Below, in pieces: positions 1 through 11,738 of a DNA stretch of 64,000 nucleotides. The notes under the pieces are model-generated. The model was not told the origin of the DNA, searched no databases, and saw only the letters and a list, made by a program, of their open reading frames with translations. Positions within the stretch are counted from its first letter, which is position 1. Each line of letters begins with the position of its first letter. Source of the DNA: Schizochytrium sp. TIO01 (taxonomy: Eukaryota > Protista > Bigyra: Labyrinthulomycetes); the NCBI GenBank assembly GCA_004764695.1, contig SMSO01000032.1, positions 3,938,483 through 4,002,482 of the forward strand, in the 5' to 3' direction. The translations under genes were made by a program, and so were the position numbers.

Positions 1-1132
1 TGCTAGTACATAAAAAGGAATTGCTCAACGTCCCTTTTTTGTACACTAGGTACCACTATCACACAACATGTCGCTTCTGCAAGTACTGTTGCTGCCAGTG
101 CCAATATAACCATAAGAACCATTTTGCGACAAGCGAACGCGGATTTTCACTTATCCGAGACAAATGAGCACGCTATGTGTTGTTTCTACCAACGTGGACT
201 TCACTGGTTCATACTAGGAGATTGTAATTTATAGCCTGTAGAACAAATCAAGGGAGCTGGAAAAAGGGGTGAAATAGAAAACATGAACTTGCATTCACTT
301 AAATGATCAGTTTCCTGGTTCAAGAGGGGTCCAATTGTAGATGCCAAAATATGTAAACGACGATCAATGAAGACTAAGTGTCGCGTCATTCTCCTGACTG
401 GATAGATATACAGTCAGATGACTTGAACATATAGCACAAAGTAAGCACGAGTGGAGGTTGTTCAATTAGTAGAACTACTTAGAGCGGTGCAAAGGTAGCA
501 CATTTCTGTCAAAAGTGGTGTCTACATGATCAGCGAGTGGAAGAAGCTTACCAAACAATAGTCAAGCCAAGGTTAAGAGAGATGCCATAAGTGATTAAGA
601 TTTTCATCGTGCTTAAATTTCAAGCATTTATAGAATTTATAGAAGAATAAAAACCCGATTGTTCATCCATTTATTCCAATTTGATCATTGAATGATGCTG
701 TTTTCCTTTTCAGATGCGACTTGCTGGTTCTTAGGTACTACGTTTGCCTGCTACGTTGACCAACATGCGTATCAAGCTCGTCATCGTGAATCAGTGGTAA
801 ATTTTACGTTCATCGCGTGGACTACGACAATAGCTGCGATGGTGCATACACACAGATGAATTTGGCCGCAAATATTCTATTGCGCCCAAAGAGCCTGGAG
901 CCAGCTTTTTAGGATCACCATACTTCTCACATTGCCAAGCATGTAGATCCGTAAGTGATCGAAGAAACTCATTTGTCATCTACCAGGAATAACATTTCAA
1001 AGACACCAGAAATTGCCATATAAGGTCCTTTTTACAGAGTAGTTTGTAACCCTTGAGTGGATGGAAATAAACACAATCAGCTCATGCTTGACCGAGTGTC
1101 TAACTTACTGCAGTAGAACATGCTATATTGCA

Positions 1133-1136
<4 letters not shown>

Positions 1137-1175
<39 letters not shown>

Positions 1176-1210
1176 AAGAAAGAAAGGAAAGAAGGGAAAA
1201 GAAAAGAAGA
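1137..1210. repeat. (AG)17 microsatellite followed by an (AAAG)n/purine tract
   Basis: Directly visible AG run 1137-1170, then AAAG units; lies downstream of the 1277-2296 gene. Confidence 0.95.
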
Positions 1211-1276
1211 ACAGAATGATGATCAAATGAAATGCAACAACGACTGGATGGAGATATAATTTGGTTGAGTAGGTAT

Positions 1277-2296
1277 TTATGCAGTGATGGCTGCCCAAAG
1301 GTGGGAAAGACTGAGTGCAGCGACAACTACCAGACAGGTATTCACAAAGTCGTGACCACGATTGACCATATTGAGAGCGAAGGAAATTGCACAAACATCC
1401 CAACGCACATACATGAGCACAAAGAGCGCGCTGACGCTCGCAACAGCCATGAGGAGCTTTTGTAGAGACAAGAGCATGCTCTGCGACATGATGTTCTTTT
1501 TAACCAATGTTTGAAGGAAAAATTCCATCACATAGCTGCAATTCAAAGATAGCCAATAAAGTCGAAACAACGGAGCTCGAACGAAAGTGCGATCTTCGGG
1601 AGTGCTGAGCGCAGCTGACACGTTTACACCATGTAACAAGGCATGCTTGTAGAACACATATTGCCATTTCTTAACACGATACATTAGAACCTCCAGGGAA
1701 TAATCACGCAATGGAATGTCCGTATAGTTCTTGGAGAAACTGTTCACTGGGAAGTAGCCTCGCACAAGCCACGGCGCCGTAACAAGAAGTAGCAAAGTCA
1801 TGTCTTGCCAAAATGGCCTTCCTCCATCTGTGTCCAAAATATGGAGGTAGGAGATTTGTAAAAGGTTTAATCCCTGATAAAACGAGTGCTCGATCATCTC
1901 GGAAAAGGTCACGGTTGTAGTTTTCTCGAGCGTTCCGGAGGCACGGTTTTTCACACGTTCGTGGTAGCGAAAATCAAACGCAGCTGTGAGGGTCACCGCA
2001 ACGCCGAGGATGCCTAAAACTACGTGGTAGATAAATTCATTGGTGCCAAATCCAGTAAAGAGGTCGAAAAAGCCATACAAAAGCCACAGCAAGTACAGCA
2101 GGCCAAGCACGCGGTGTCGCCTCGCATGGCGTCTAATAAACATTGTATAGTTTGGCACGAGGACAGACAAAAGCATCGTGAAAAAGCACGCAAAAGTAAT
2201 TGATGCACCAACAAGTGCCTGCGAAGTCAGGCCCCATCCCGATGAACCTGTTGAGAGAGCGTCCGCAACGCTATCAGGTCCTGCTGAATGCTTCAT
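1277..2296 (-). CDS. Uncharacterised multi-pass membrane protein, His-rich
   Basis: Long ORF (track start 2359 is TTG; first ATG at 2296, MKHSAG) with several hydrophobic segments and motifs EMIEHSFYQ, YKHALLHG, YVMEFFLQTLVKK; family not recognised. Confidence 0.75.
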   Translation of the reverse strand: MKHSAGPDSVADALSTGSSGWGLTSQALVGASITFACFFTMLLSVLVPNYTMFIRRHARRHRVLGLLYLLWLLYGFFDLFTGFGTNEFIYHVVLGILGVAVTLTAAFDFRYHERVKNRASGTLEKTTTVTFSEMIEHSFYQGLNLLQISYLHILDTDGGRPFWQDMTLLLLVTAPWLVRGYFPVNSFSKNYTDIPLRDYSLEVLMYRVKKWQYVFYKHALLHGVNVSAALSTPEDRTFVRAPLFRLYWLSLNCSYVMEFFLQTLVKKNIMSQSMLLSLQKLLMAVASVSALFVLMYVRWDVCAISFALNMVNRGHDFVNTCLVVVAALSLSHLWAAITA

Positions 2297-3029
2297 TCTT
2301 GACAAACTTCTGTTGTAGACCAGTCTGTGTGTGCTGATCTCCCCGCCTGGAGAGCTCAAGGCTTTTCAGGGGGGTCTAAGATTGGGATCTCTATCGGAAC
2401 ACCACTTTGCCTTGGCCACAGCGATGAGCTGCTGGCCAGATTTTCACAAAAACTCTGCGTTTATTTGTAGAGCTACTTGCGATGACGCAAGCGTGGTCAA
2501 ACGCAACTACTATTATTATGTAGTAGTGACATTAGTTAGAACTCCAATTAGCAGTAGAAGTAGTGACATTCGTAGGTAAAGAGTACCACTACCTGGTAGG
2601 TACTGATCTTGCACTGAGCTAGTCTTGGGGTGTTTATTAATTTCTGTTCTGGACATCTTTCATATGAAGTTAATAAAGAGTATTTGGTGCGGTGAAACTT
2701 GGAGAAATAATAAAAGAATAGCTGTAAGAGAGTCATTTGCGAAACTAAAAGCGATTTATTGTTTGATTCACACTTGGAATAGTAGCTGGTACCTTCCTGT
2801 CACATTTTTTGACGTTAGAAGAATAATTGAATTGCTCCTTCGAAAAGTGGTTCTCGTTAGGTCAGTTTTGATAAAGTCAGGTACTGAATGGCAAGATCAA
2901 TATGAATTTGAATATATAAATTTGCAAAGCTAATGCATTATGGCTTTTAAAATATGCTATAGGAGCAGGAACGCTGCGTCTGTAAGAATAAAAAGAAATG
3001 GCACCAAGAATTAAGAGACTACGAGGCAA

Positions 3030-3964
3030 TTATAACAATTCATCATCTTCGAACTCGTCAAAAAGTGATTTCTCCGGCGATTCTTCTATACTTGCCCCCT
3101 TATCCTCAGTACCCGATATTTGGGGGTTTCCATTGGGCTGCGAAGAGTCGTTGTCCGCAACTGGTGAAGAGGTCGCCTTGCTAGGCTCGAAATCGCCGTC
3201 ACGAGGGGCTGAGCTTGGCTCAGGTGGAATATCTGCTGGCTCATGAATGACCTCTTGATCGGGCTGAATCGATGGGTCCCATTTGTGCAGAGCACGGCGC
3301 CAGGCCTTGATCTGTCCATCAAATGCACGCTTGCTGACCTTTTGATAAATATCTGGAGTTGGTGGATGCTCTTTGCGGGATTTGCGTTGCTTGCGGGGTA
3401 TTTCTTTCAGGTACGCTTGATACCCAAGCGTATTCTTACCAAGATCAACTTGCTTCTGCCGCTGTTCGAGACGCCGTGGGTCGTTCTCGCGCTCAACTTT
3501 AGCATCGCTTTTAGCCTTGACTGGAAATCAACAATACCCATATCGTTATGTATATATCAGTCATCCGTGATTTAATATTTCATTGTGCAGCCGTTAGCAT
3601 ATCCATTGACTCATCAATGTTTGCTCCTAAATTCACTTTTTGCCAGTGCCACGATCACTACGAACTTACCCTTGTAAACAAACTTTTTCTGCTGCTGCCC
3701 TCGAGTGGTTTCCTCTTGTCTATTCAAGCATGTTTCTGGATTTGCGTTCCTCGTCAAGCAATTCTCTACGCCTCCTTCTGAAGGTGGCGGTGCTTGTGGT
3801 TCTGGCACCGTTTTCATGTCGCCATTATTGCGGTTGTCGCCTCGACCAGGTCCCTGTCGCCTTCCTCCTCTGCCGCGAGCAAACTTCTTGACTTGCTGGC
3901 CGCCCCCACGACCTCCTTCGCGAGGCCTCTTCCCTTCCCTCGCCGCGCTCTCCGCGCCGGGCAT
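3030..3964 (-). CDS. SLBP: Histone RNA stem-loop binding protein; 2 exons (3964-3670, 3520-3030), about 261 aa
   Basis: Manual splice: donor AAGG|GTAAGT at 3669, acceptor TTCCAG| at 3521, phase-compatible (G+TC=Val). Exon 2 encodes DPRRLEQRQKQVDLGKNTLGYQAYLKEIPR...HPPTPDIYQKVSKRAFDGQIKAWRRALHKWDP, matching the SLBP RNA-binding domain (RQKQI.YGKNT..Y, HP.TP, WDP). Confidence 0.93.
3521..3669 (-). other. Spliceosomal intron of SLBP (149 nt)
   Basis: GTAAGT...GCTAAC...TTTCCAG on the minus strand; removal restores the reading frame. Confidence 0.88.
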
Positions 3965-5815
3965 CTTTCTCTGACGCAAATCCGAGTTTGATCACTTCTA
4001 CGACACCATTACATCTGTGGCATTCGAAATATTCTCTATACGTATTATTTAACATGTGCAACCATGTGGGGCATTTGAAATGGTGTATTTGCAGAGCTGG
4101 GTTTGGTGAATTCTTTGAGCTTTTTATGCAAGGTTCTAGCTTGGACAAGATGACAGTGCGCAGCAGAGGCCAACCAAGCAGACTTTAGAGCGTACATGCA
4201 TAGTGGTAGCGGACGTTCGTTTTGGCAGGGTTCAGGATATGTAATTCATCTTCTTATTTTTTGTTGTTTTATAAAAAATATTTAAAAATATTAAAAAATG
4301 GAAAAGGGGAAAGAGTTTGGGACATCAAAGGGCCCGAAACTTCTGCCAAAGACTCTTAGCTTTGGGGGGATACGATACCACTGCCGAGCGAGGTGAGCTC
4401 AAGGTCCCTTGTGCCTTGGAATTCTCTAACGAATGTACCCCTGGAGTGCCTGGACCTCCAGTGCTTCCCGCTTCAGAGGTGTAAGGCGAAATTTGGCCTC
4501 GATCTTCGTGCAAATCGTCAAGCCGTAGAAAACCCTGTCTCAGACTTCTGTCAGAAGACTGAGACCAGCTCACTTCAAAATAATTAGGTCTTACCATGAA
4601 CCAAGGGATACATTGAATACCCTCCAGACATAACAGACGTTGGCATCCCAATTGGCCTGTTGCTGTTCGTCGACAAGTATCTATGAGTTGCTAAATTGCA
4701 CTAAACCGTTCACCATTTCTCATTTACCCAAAATATTGTATCTCATAAGCAATCAAAGAAAGATTTCTATCCGCAATTCCTGCGAGTCCTGTTTTATCTG
4801 CTACAGTGCTGCACAATCTTGGAGTGTGAATTTGCTTTGTAGAGTTGCGTCAATTTGATGGATACATCTTCGTCGAGGTCTTCATTGCATTTTACGGCCT
4901 AAACCGTGGGACCATCCCTAGCTACTATAAACCTTAGCAAACCATATTTAAACCATTCTGTTTATTCTCAATTCCTTTTCTTTCCTTTTCTATTCTTGGA
5001 ACCATTATCAATATCATAATCATAATCATGTTATCGAAACGAAGTTGAAGGTCGAAGCATTATTTTATTGCTGTTGTTTCTTTTGTTTTTACACGCCCGC
5101 GACAATAATACGTAATACTGTTCGAGATGCTTTCTCATCCAAATGCTTTTACTCTAAAACTGGTTATTCTTAACGCTACGTACCCAGAACCTAAGAAGGT
5201 ACATACACAATTTCATTTCGTGATCTAGGTCGAAGTTTATTGATGGTGCCCTCTTCGATTTCAAGGTCTTCAAAATGTGAGCACTGAGAATCTTGCAAGC
5301 GCCGTTTAGTGGAGTCCAGATTAGACTTCTATTGCTTAGTTTATTTTGGCCCCGCTCAATTCTTCGATTGCTTTTTAACTTCTAAGAATCCTTTTTCCCT
5401 CCTTCTTATCTGAGTATTAGGGATTGCGCTATGTGCTAGCTACTAAAATGGCAATATGCGATTCTTTAGATAAGTTTCAAAAGATCTTGGCCGAGTAAAA
5501 GAAAGAATGAATGAATGAATGAGTCAGTCAATCCAAGAAAGGCGCCAAAGCAGATCGCCAACACAGCCGAGTTCTGGAGGTTGGGTGCCGTCACTTGCGC
5601 GTTTGGCTGAATCCTCTGGAGGAGAAACGTGGTGTTATCTCTCGATTCGTACAACTTTCGGTGGGGGGTTTCTGCAGCTGGCTTGCGAGTTAGGTGGCTA
5701 GTTGTGCACAAGCAAGCTCGAGAGCTTTTGCGAGTCCTCTTGTGGTTCGTCCTGGCATAGAGACGAACTTGTGTGTAGCTTGGAGAAGTAGCTAGAGGTT
5801 TTTGGAGACATCAAC

Positions 5816-6295
5816 ATGGCTGAGCAAAAGGCACTGTACCGCGTGAGCGATGAGGTTCTTGCGGAGTACAGAAAGTTCAAGCTTGGACGCAAGTACCGGT
5901 GGGTCATGTTTGGTGTTGAGGAGGACAGCGAAGGCCGCATTCATCAGGTAAAGCACATCGAAGCTGACCGTACCAAAGGTGTTGAAGATCTTGTCAAGGC
6001 CCTTCCTGAGCATGACTGCCGTTATGTTGTTTACGAGTATGAGTACGTCACCAAGGATGGTCGTAAGGCTGACAAACTCTTTTTCATCAACTGGAACCCT
6101 CGCTCTGCACCGACTGCGACGCAGATGGACTACCTCACTGGCCGCACTGCCATTCGCGAGGTCTGTGATGGGTGTTTCGATGTCAGCGCCACTACCGCCA
6201 ACGACGTTCGCACTGGCGTGCTAGGCGACGCTGCCGACGAGGAGAGTGATCAGGATGAGGTAGAAGATGACAACGACGACTGGCTTGACAACTAA
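5816..6295 (+). CDS. ADF/cofilin-family (ADF-H) protein with acidic C-terminal tail
   Basis: LPEHDCRYVVYEYEY...KLFFINWNPRSAP is the ADF-H signature; 159 aa; ends DEVEDDNDDWLDN. Confidence 0.9.
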   Translation: MAEQKALYRVSDEVLAEYRKFKLGRKYRWVMFGVEEDSEGRIHQVKHIEADRTKGVEDLVKALPEHDCRYVVYEYEYVTKDGRKADKLFFINWNPRSAPTATQMDYLTGRTAIREVCDGCFDVSATTANDVRTGVLGDAADEESDQDEVEDDNDDWLDN

Positions 6296-7676
6296 ATTTC
6301 TAATGCCTTTGGCCCTTCTTGCCCTCTTCAAGAGGCTAATTAATATCAACTGCTTTCTGTCCCCAAAATGAATCTTTCAAGGGCGGCAGCCATCAAGGGT
6401 GGTAGCCATCCTCTTGTTGTTTTCTTGTTGTGTATTTCTTTTCTTGAAGCAGCAATTAATGGATGCTGAAGCAATTTTGAAACGGACAAAGCTGACCTTG
6501 GTTGAGGCAGAGCTTCCTTGAGACACTACTATCAGCAAAATATGAATGCATTGACCTACCGCGGCCAGCCTAGCTTTTCTAATACAATACAATTTACAAT
6601 TTCAGAATTGTTTCGAGCGACCTGAGAAATAGTTTCTTTCTCTTCTGTATTTAATAGACTAGATCGTACAAGACCAATCAACTGAGATAACGTTGCTTAA
6701 AAATCGTTAAAATATGAAACAGAAATGTGGCCAATGCAATCAACATATATGTATCTTATCTATATTTTCGAGGAACTTTATCCAAGCCTTGGTTATACGA
6801 TCTCAAGTATAACTGCGAAATCACATCTTTTCTTTAGTCTTATTTGGCTGGCATGTCGAGTCATCGAGTCGACAGAGATTAATCGCTGTAAATGCGTTCG
6901 TGTCAACTTCTGTATTATGAATTTATCAAGATGCAGAAGTATGTGTAGGCCGTGCTGTATTTGTTTAACAAGAAAGAGGCATAAAATCAGGTTCAATTTT
7001 TGTTGAAAGTTTTGGATTGGGTCGAAGAAGGGTGTTTAGAAAGGAGTTCGTGTTGAGAAAGGAAAATGTGTACGAAAGTGTTTGCGGTGGCAATGATAGT
7101 GATATGAGTGAGCTGCATAAAAACTGATACAGACATGCGTGCATGCCATAAAAGGAACTTTTGAAGAAGAAGAAGGAAGGGTTAAAGCAATAGAAGAGCT
7201 AAAAAAAAAGCAGTTCGGGTCCCTGGACCTATGTATAGGCTAGTGTATGGAGACGCAGAAATAACGAGAGAACATCAGAAGTGCCAGTGTCAACACGAGA
7301 ACGAGGTAAGGGGGAAATAGGTGATTTATAGTCGTAGAGCGTGCTGTGCGGAGATTCCTCGAGACCCTGCGAATGAAAATGCACACACACACGATGAACA
7401 CGAGAATCCACTGGGCTAGTCACACATACACACTACATCACGCACACGGGTAGATAGGCAGGCAGGCAGCTAGGCTGGAATTGAAAAAGGACGATCAAGA
7501 AGCACCGTGAGATAGAACGATCAATCTATCAAATCAATCAAATAGACCTATCTCTACATGTGTAAGTCCTACACTCCCGAAAGTGGCCAAAGGAGGGGTA
7601 CTTGTTGATCCGTTCGAGAGAAGAATACTTGAGCGGCACGCATGTAAATAAACGTATCAGTCAGTTCTGCGTTAAT

Positions 7677-9122
7677 TTACTGCTGCTGCTGCTGCTGCTG
7701 CTGGGAGAGCATCTCCTGCTCCTGGCGGACGCTGCGCACGGTGTTGAGAATCTCGCGCACATCTGATGTCCACTGGTGGAGCTTCTGCTGGGCCTCTGCC
7801 CACTGGTCGTCGCTGAAGAGGCGCTGAGATCCACGGTTGATGACGATGGACTGGTTAATCTGGTCCATCTTGGCATCCACAAGCTTGTTGGTGATGGCGT
7901 CGATGACCCACTCCTCGACGTCCTCCCTAGGTACCTGGAGATCTGCCGCAATCTGATCATAAGTCACAGACTCGTTGTTAGCAGCCAGCGATGCCATGGT
8001 AAGCAAGTGCATGTTGCGCAGGCAAGTGGCCTCGCTGAGTCCAAGGCTCTCAATGAATCCAGCGTTACTCTTCTTGAACTCAGCAAAGGCATCGAGGTCC
8101 TCCGCGGCGAAAATGTGAAGAAGCTTGTAGAGCTTGGCGTGCTCTGCATCGTTCTCAAGATCCTTGACGGCCTTGAAAAGCGCAGCGAGTGAGGTGGTGG
8201 CCACCACGCTAGCAGAGTCAAGCCTCTCAGTCTCACTCACAGCAAGGAGAGCGGTTGCGGCCCTTCCGAGAGACTCAGCGATTCCGTCAAGGGAGTTAGC
8301 TTGAGTCATGTCGTGCGGGAGCGGGTACTTGATGGCCACAACAGCAGCCCGGGCAGCGTACTTGGCAGACTTCTTACGCTCCTCATCGGTAGCAGTACCG
8401 TCCTCAAGAGCCTCGAGCAGCTTAAAGAGAAAGCGGAGCTCCTTAAGCTCGGCAGTGCGGAGAGCGTCCTCAGATTCAGGGGGGCACTGGGTTCTCTTTG
8501 CGGCGATGAGGTCGCAGAAGGCGCGGAGAAGGTCACGCTGCATAGGAGCAGTGACGACCTCACCAGAAACACCGCTGTTCCAGACCTTGCAGAGCTCAGC
8601 AACGTCGGCAGCTGAGGAGCCATCGAGAACCTGGAATTGGCCACTCTTGCGAGCAAACTCAATCATGCTGAGGAGCATGCCGTAGCGAGAGGGGGACTGG
8701 GGGTCAATGACGGTGTAGAGGTCGCGAAGAACAGTCATACGCATGTGCTGGTCAGAGGCAGAGTCTTCGGGCTTAGCAGCAAGACCCAAGACGGATTCCA
8801 CGATCTTGGGGGAGACCTCGGCGAGAACGTCCACCGGAAGGTGGCGGGCGAGAGAGAAGAGGATGACGAAACGGCTACGCTGGTCGCCAATGGAGGCACG
8901 AGCACCGACGGAGACGATGGCCTCGAGGAAGGTCATGACGAGCTCACGGAGAGCACCTTCTTTGATGTAGGTGTCACACTTGGACATGAAGGAAGAGGAC
9001 TGGGAAGAGTCCGACATGTCAGAGGCGATGTGCTCCATGAGCTCGGCGGCGATGTGCTCGAGGGGGACGAGCTCCACCATCACCGACTCGAGGTGCACGG
9101 AAGAGGCCTTAGTGGTCGCCAT
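7677..9122 (-). CDS. eIF3m: Eukaryotic translation initiation factor 3 subunit M (PCI domain)
   Basis: C-terminal PCI winged helix YDQIAADLQVPREDVEEWVIDAITNKLVDAKMDQ followed by RLFSDDQW...KLHQW; strong GC3 bias; terminal polyQ. Confidence 0.88.
   Translation of the reverse strand: MATTKASSVHLESVMVELVPLEHIAAELMEHIASDMSDSSQSSSFMSKCDTYIKEGALRELVMTFLEAIVSVGARASIGDQRSRFVILFSLARHLPVDVLAEVSPKIVESVLGLAAKPEDSASDQHMRMTVLRDLYTVIDPQSPSRYGMLLSMIEFARKSGQFQVLDGSSAADVAELCKVWNSGVSGEVVTAPMQRDLLRAFCDLIAAKRTQCPPESEDALRTAELKELRFLFKLLEALEDGTATDEERKKSAKYAARAAVVAIKYPLPHDMTQANSLDGIAESLGRAATALLAVSETERLDSASVVATTSLAALFKAVKDLENDAEHAKLYKLLHIFAAEDLDAFAEFKKSNAGFIESLGLSEATCLRNMHLLTMASLAANNESVTYDQIAADLQVPREDVEEWVIDAITNKLVDAKMDQINQSIVINRGSQRLFSDDQWAEAQQKLHQWTSDVREILNTVRSVRQEQEMLSQQQQQQQQ
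7680..7703. repeat. (CAG)8 coding repeat, C-terminal polyQ of eIF3m
   Basis: CTG run on the plus strand; protein ends SQQQQQQQQ. Confidence 0.9.
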
Positions 9123-9176
9123 GGTGCCTGTCTGAAGTATGAAGAGATATGAAGGTTACGCTTCGATCTTGTAAGT

Positions 9177-9297
9177 TGATCTGATCTCGTTGGATCTGAT
9201 CTGGTTTAATCTGATCTGATCTGGTTTAACCCGACCTGACCTGACCTGATGTGATGTGACTTGTCTTGATCTGCTTTTGTTGGATCTAATCTAATCT
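9177..9297. repeat. Degenerate pentanucleotide array (GATCT/GACCT/GATGT/AATCT)n just upstream of the eIF3m ATG
   Basis: Visible 5-nt periodic units with drifting sequence. Confidence 0.8.
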
Positions 9298-11339
9298 CCT
9301 CAAGATCAGATTGTCTTTCCTTGTGCTGTCTGGCTAACTAAACAGTCGTCGAGATGAGCCCGTGTCTCCACGTACACAACCACTCCCTTGCACAAAGTAT
9401 AACCTAAAGCAAGCACAAAAACAAGACCAGCCCAGCTAGTCAAGGACTTCTGCGAACGTCTAGCTCCACTCCAGAACCACAACAACTCCTCCGCGCAAGC
9501 TCTCCGCGCAAAGCAGAAGCAGTAGTTATCTGCTCCTCCACTCGCAGCCGCCCGTCACAAAGTGGGACCTTCCTTCGGTACCAGATTTCAGAATCACACC
9601 CCTGGCGGCGAAACCCTAGTTAGGCAGACATTCTCTTTCTTTCTCTTTCTCGCCTTTGGGGCTATCCGCTGCTAGGGACTTCTAGTAGCAGAGAGGTGAA
9701 ACGGGGCTAGCGAAAAGGATAGGAGGTAGGTAGGACCTACTAGAGAGCCTTCTTTCTGTTCTTTCTTTTTTACTCTCAGTACGTACTAATCTGGTGTTCT
9801 TTGGTTTGTTCTTTGATGTTCCAAGTTGAACTTCGTTTTTTCGACTCTCTGCAGAGTAGTACAGGAAAGAAAAGAAAAACTTGGGATCTGGCGCCTCTTG
9901 CTTGTTTCGTTGGAGATGTAAACCATCGGAAATACTTGCGACGGGACAGGGAGGCTTCAAGGTGACACAAGAGCTGGAATATTTGAGCGAGAGGGAGCGC
10001 CGAATTTTTCGATGGCTTAGCCTTTGCTTTTGGACAAGCATTGTTGCGATCGGTCCAAATGTATTATGTCACGATGGAAGTCTCATCCGCAACTCTTTCA
10101 AGAATAACGACATAGATGGCATAAGAGTGCTTAGTAGAGTCGTGCAAGTATATTATGTGCGTATTTCTATTTGCGAATAGAATTTAAATAATAGGCTATT
10201 TAAGTATACTTGAGTGGTTTGAATAATAGCAAAAATTAAAGTAGCTCATTTACAGTGATCTAAAAGCAACTCAAGGGAAGGATGCTATAATACAGGGTTG
10301 AGGCGCTGCCGCTCATCTGACCCTATATATATATGGGTAAATATTGCAATACAACTCTGTAAATAAACTATACAAGTTTATTATTTGTTGTGAAAGATGA
10401 GTGCTCGAGCTGCGTGGGCAAGGAAATTTGGGAGACATGCATGTATTAACTGGTTACCAATAGTTCAGTGTTGTTCTGACGAGGATATTCATCCGCAGGC
10501 GCCTCGCATGCTCTTTTGTGTTTCGTTTTAATAAATGGTTTAGAAATGATAATCAAATGTTGAGAGCTATAATACGGATTCGAAGTCCTTTTGCTTGAGT
10601 GCCTAGCCAAGCACTTACACACTCAACCTATCCCATATGCCACATCAGCTTACTACTCTTAATATCGAACTATTTCGATTGCACTTTATATCTCTAGAAT
10701 TCGCAAACCTATCCAGTCATTTTGCAATACCATCGATGTATAAGATCAAACATCGCCAAAGGTACACATTTCAAACTGCGCCTTAAACATTGTACGATGA
10801 CTTCTGTATTTCTTCAAGCTGTTCTCAAATTGTTCATCTCACTGGCAAACTCCAATGCAAAATACATGTTCTTGCACTTCATTACATTTCGCCCGAACTA
10901 TCATCTTTACAATTAAGTAAAGTTCATCTCTTTGAACTTCATGTTCCACCTGATCTCATATCCCTTTTACCGATTTCCAGTGCTATCATTATTGCCCAAG
11001 TCTTACCAGAAGCCTGAGCTGCGAAGACTTAAAGACAACCTGAAGGAAGAAATCACATTGATAAACACATAATCAGCCTAAATTACACGAACAATACAAG
11101 ACAGAAAAAAGAAAACGCCTGCCACCGCACTTTCATTTCGTTACCTATTAGTAACAATAATTCTGCTCAATCTTAATTTAAAGAGTGTCATTGCCTCATG
11201 TTTGTTATCTTTAGATGTCGATAAAATGATAGCACTTGTTCATTGAGGCAGCTGCTAATGTTATCCATACGTAGCGTTGATGCCTTATTTGGTCGCTGCA
11301 GCAGTGGCGGAGCAGCAGAGCGCTAGGACTGCGAACGCG

Positions 11340-11738
11340 ATGGCGACGGGACTCACGCGCGCGGCGGCGGGCCTGCTGGCCTCTCGCGGCGGCGTGCAGG
11401 CGCTGCAGAGCGCTTCTGTGGCGAGGATAGTGGGCGTGCGTGGCCTTGCCTCATGGCAGGCAGCCCCCGCGATGCGGTTGACTCATGATGCGGATGTCCA
11501 TGGACGCCATGGTACCGCTTCCGCCTTGGTTGCCAAGGAGCAGGATGTCGCGAGGATCTACGCAACCCTTCAGGCTATGCAGCTTCTCGAGGTCCTTGCT
11601 CCGCTTAACGCGGTGGAGACTGAAGCCCTCGAGGGTGGCTTTCAGATGTCGAGTGTGCTCAAGAAGCGTCGCAAGAAGATGACCAAGCACAAGCAGCGCA
11701 AGCGCCGAAAGAAGGACCGCTATAAGAACAAACCGTAA
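11340..11738 (+). CDS. Mitochondrial ribosomal protein mS38 (AURKAIP1/COX24-like, DUF1713)
   Basis: C-terminal MSSVLKKRRKKMTKHKQRKRRKK motif; Arg/Ala-rich presequence-like N-terminus MATGLTRAAAGLLASR; alternative ATG at 11280. Confidence 0.85.
   Translation: MATGLTRAAAGLLASRGGVQALQSASVARIVGVRGLASWQAAPAMRLTHDADVHGRHGTASALVAKEQDVARIYATLQAMQLLEVLAPLNAVETEALEGGFQMSSVLKKRRKKMTKHKQRKRRKKDRYKNKP

Noticed and set aside
1077-1403. Hydrophobic SLSLSL ORFs
   Set aside because: Translation of the (AG)n microsatellite
6310-6337. Small hairpin CCTCTTCAAGAGG after the ADF gene, considered as a histone-type stem-loop
   Set aside because: Does not fit the 6-bp GGYYYT stem and 4-nt loop consensus, and the gene is not a histone
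7661-9152. Multiple overlapping antisense or alternative-frame ORFs over eIF3m (similar ones over the Trx fusion, PP4, DRG2 and RPC5)
   Set aside because: Expected shadows of strong codon bias; no independent motifs
9611-9618. AAACCCTA telo-box-like motif upstream of eIF3m
   Set aside because: An 8-mer is expected about twice by chance in 64 kb on both strands; the other copy (26098) is not near a translation gene
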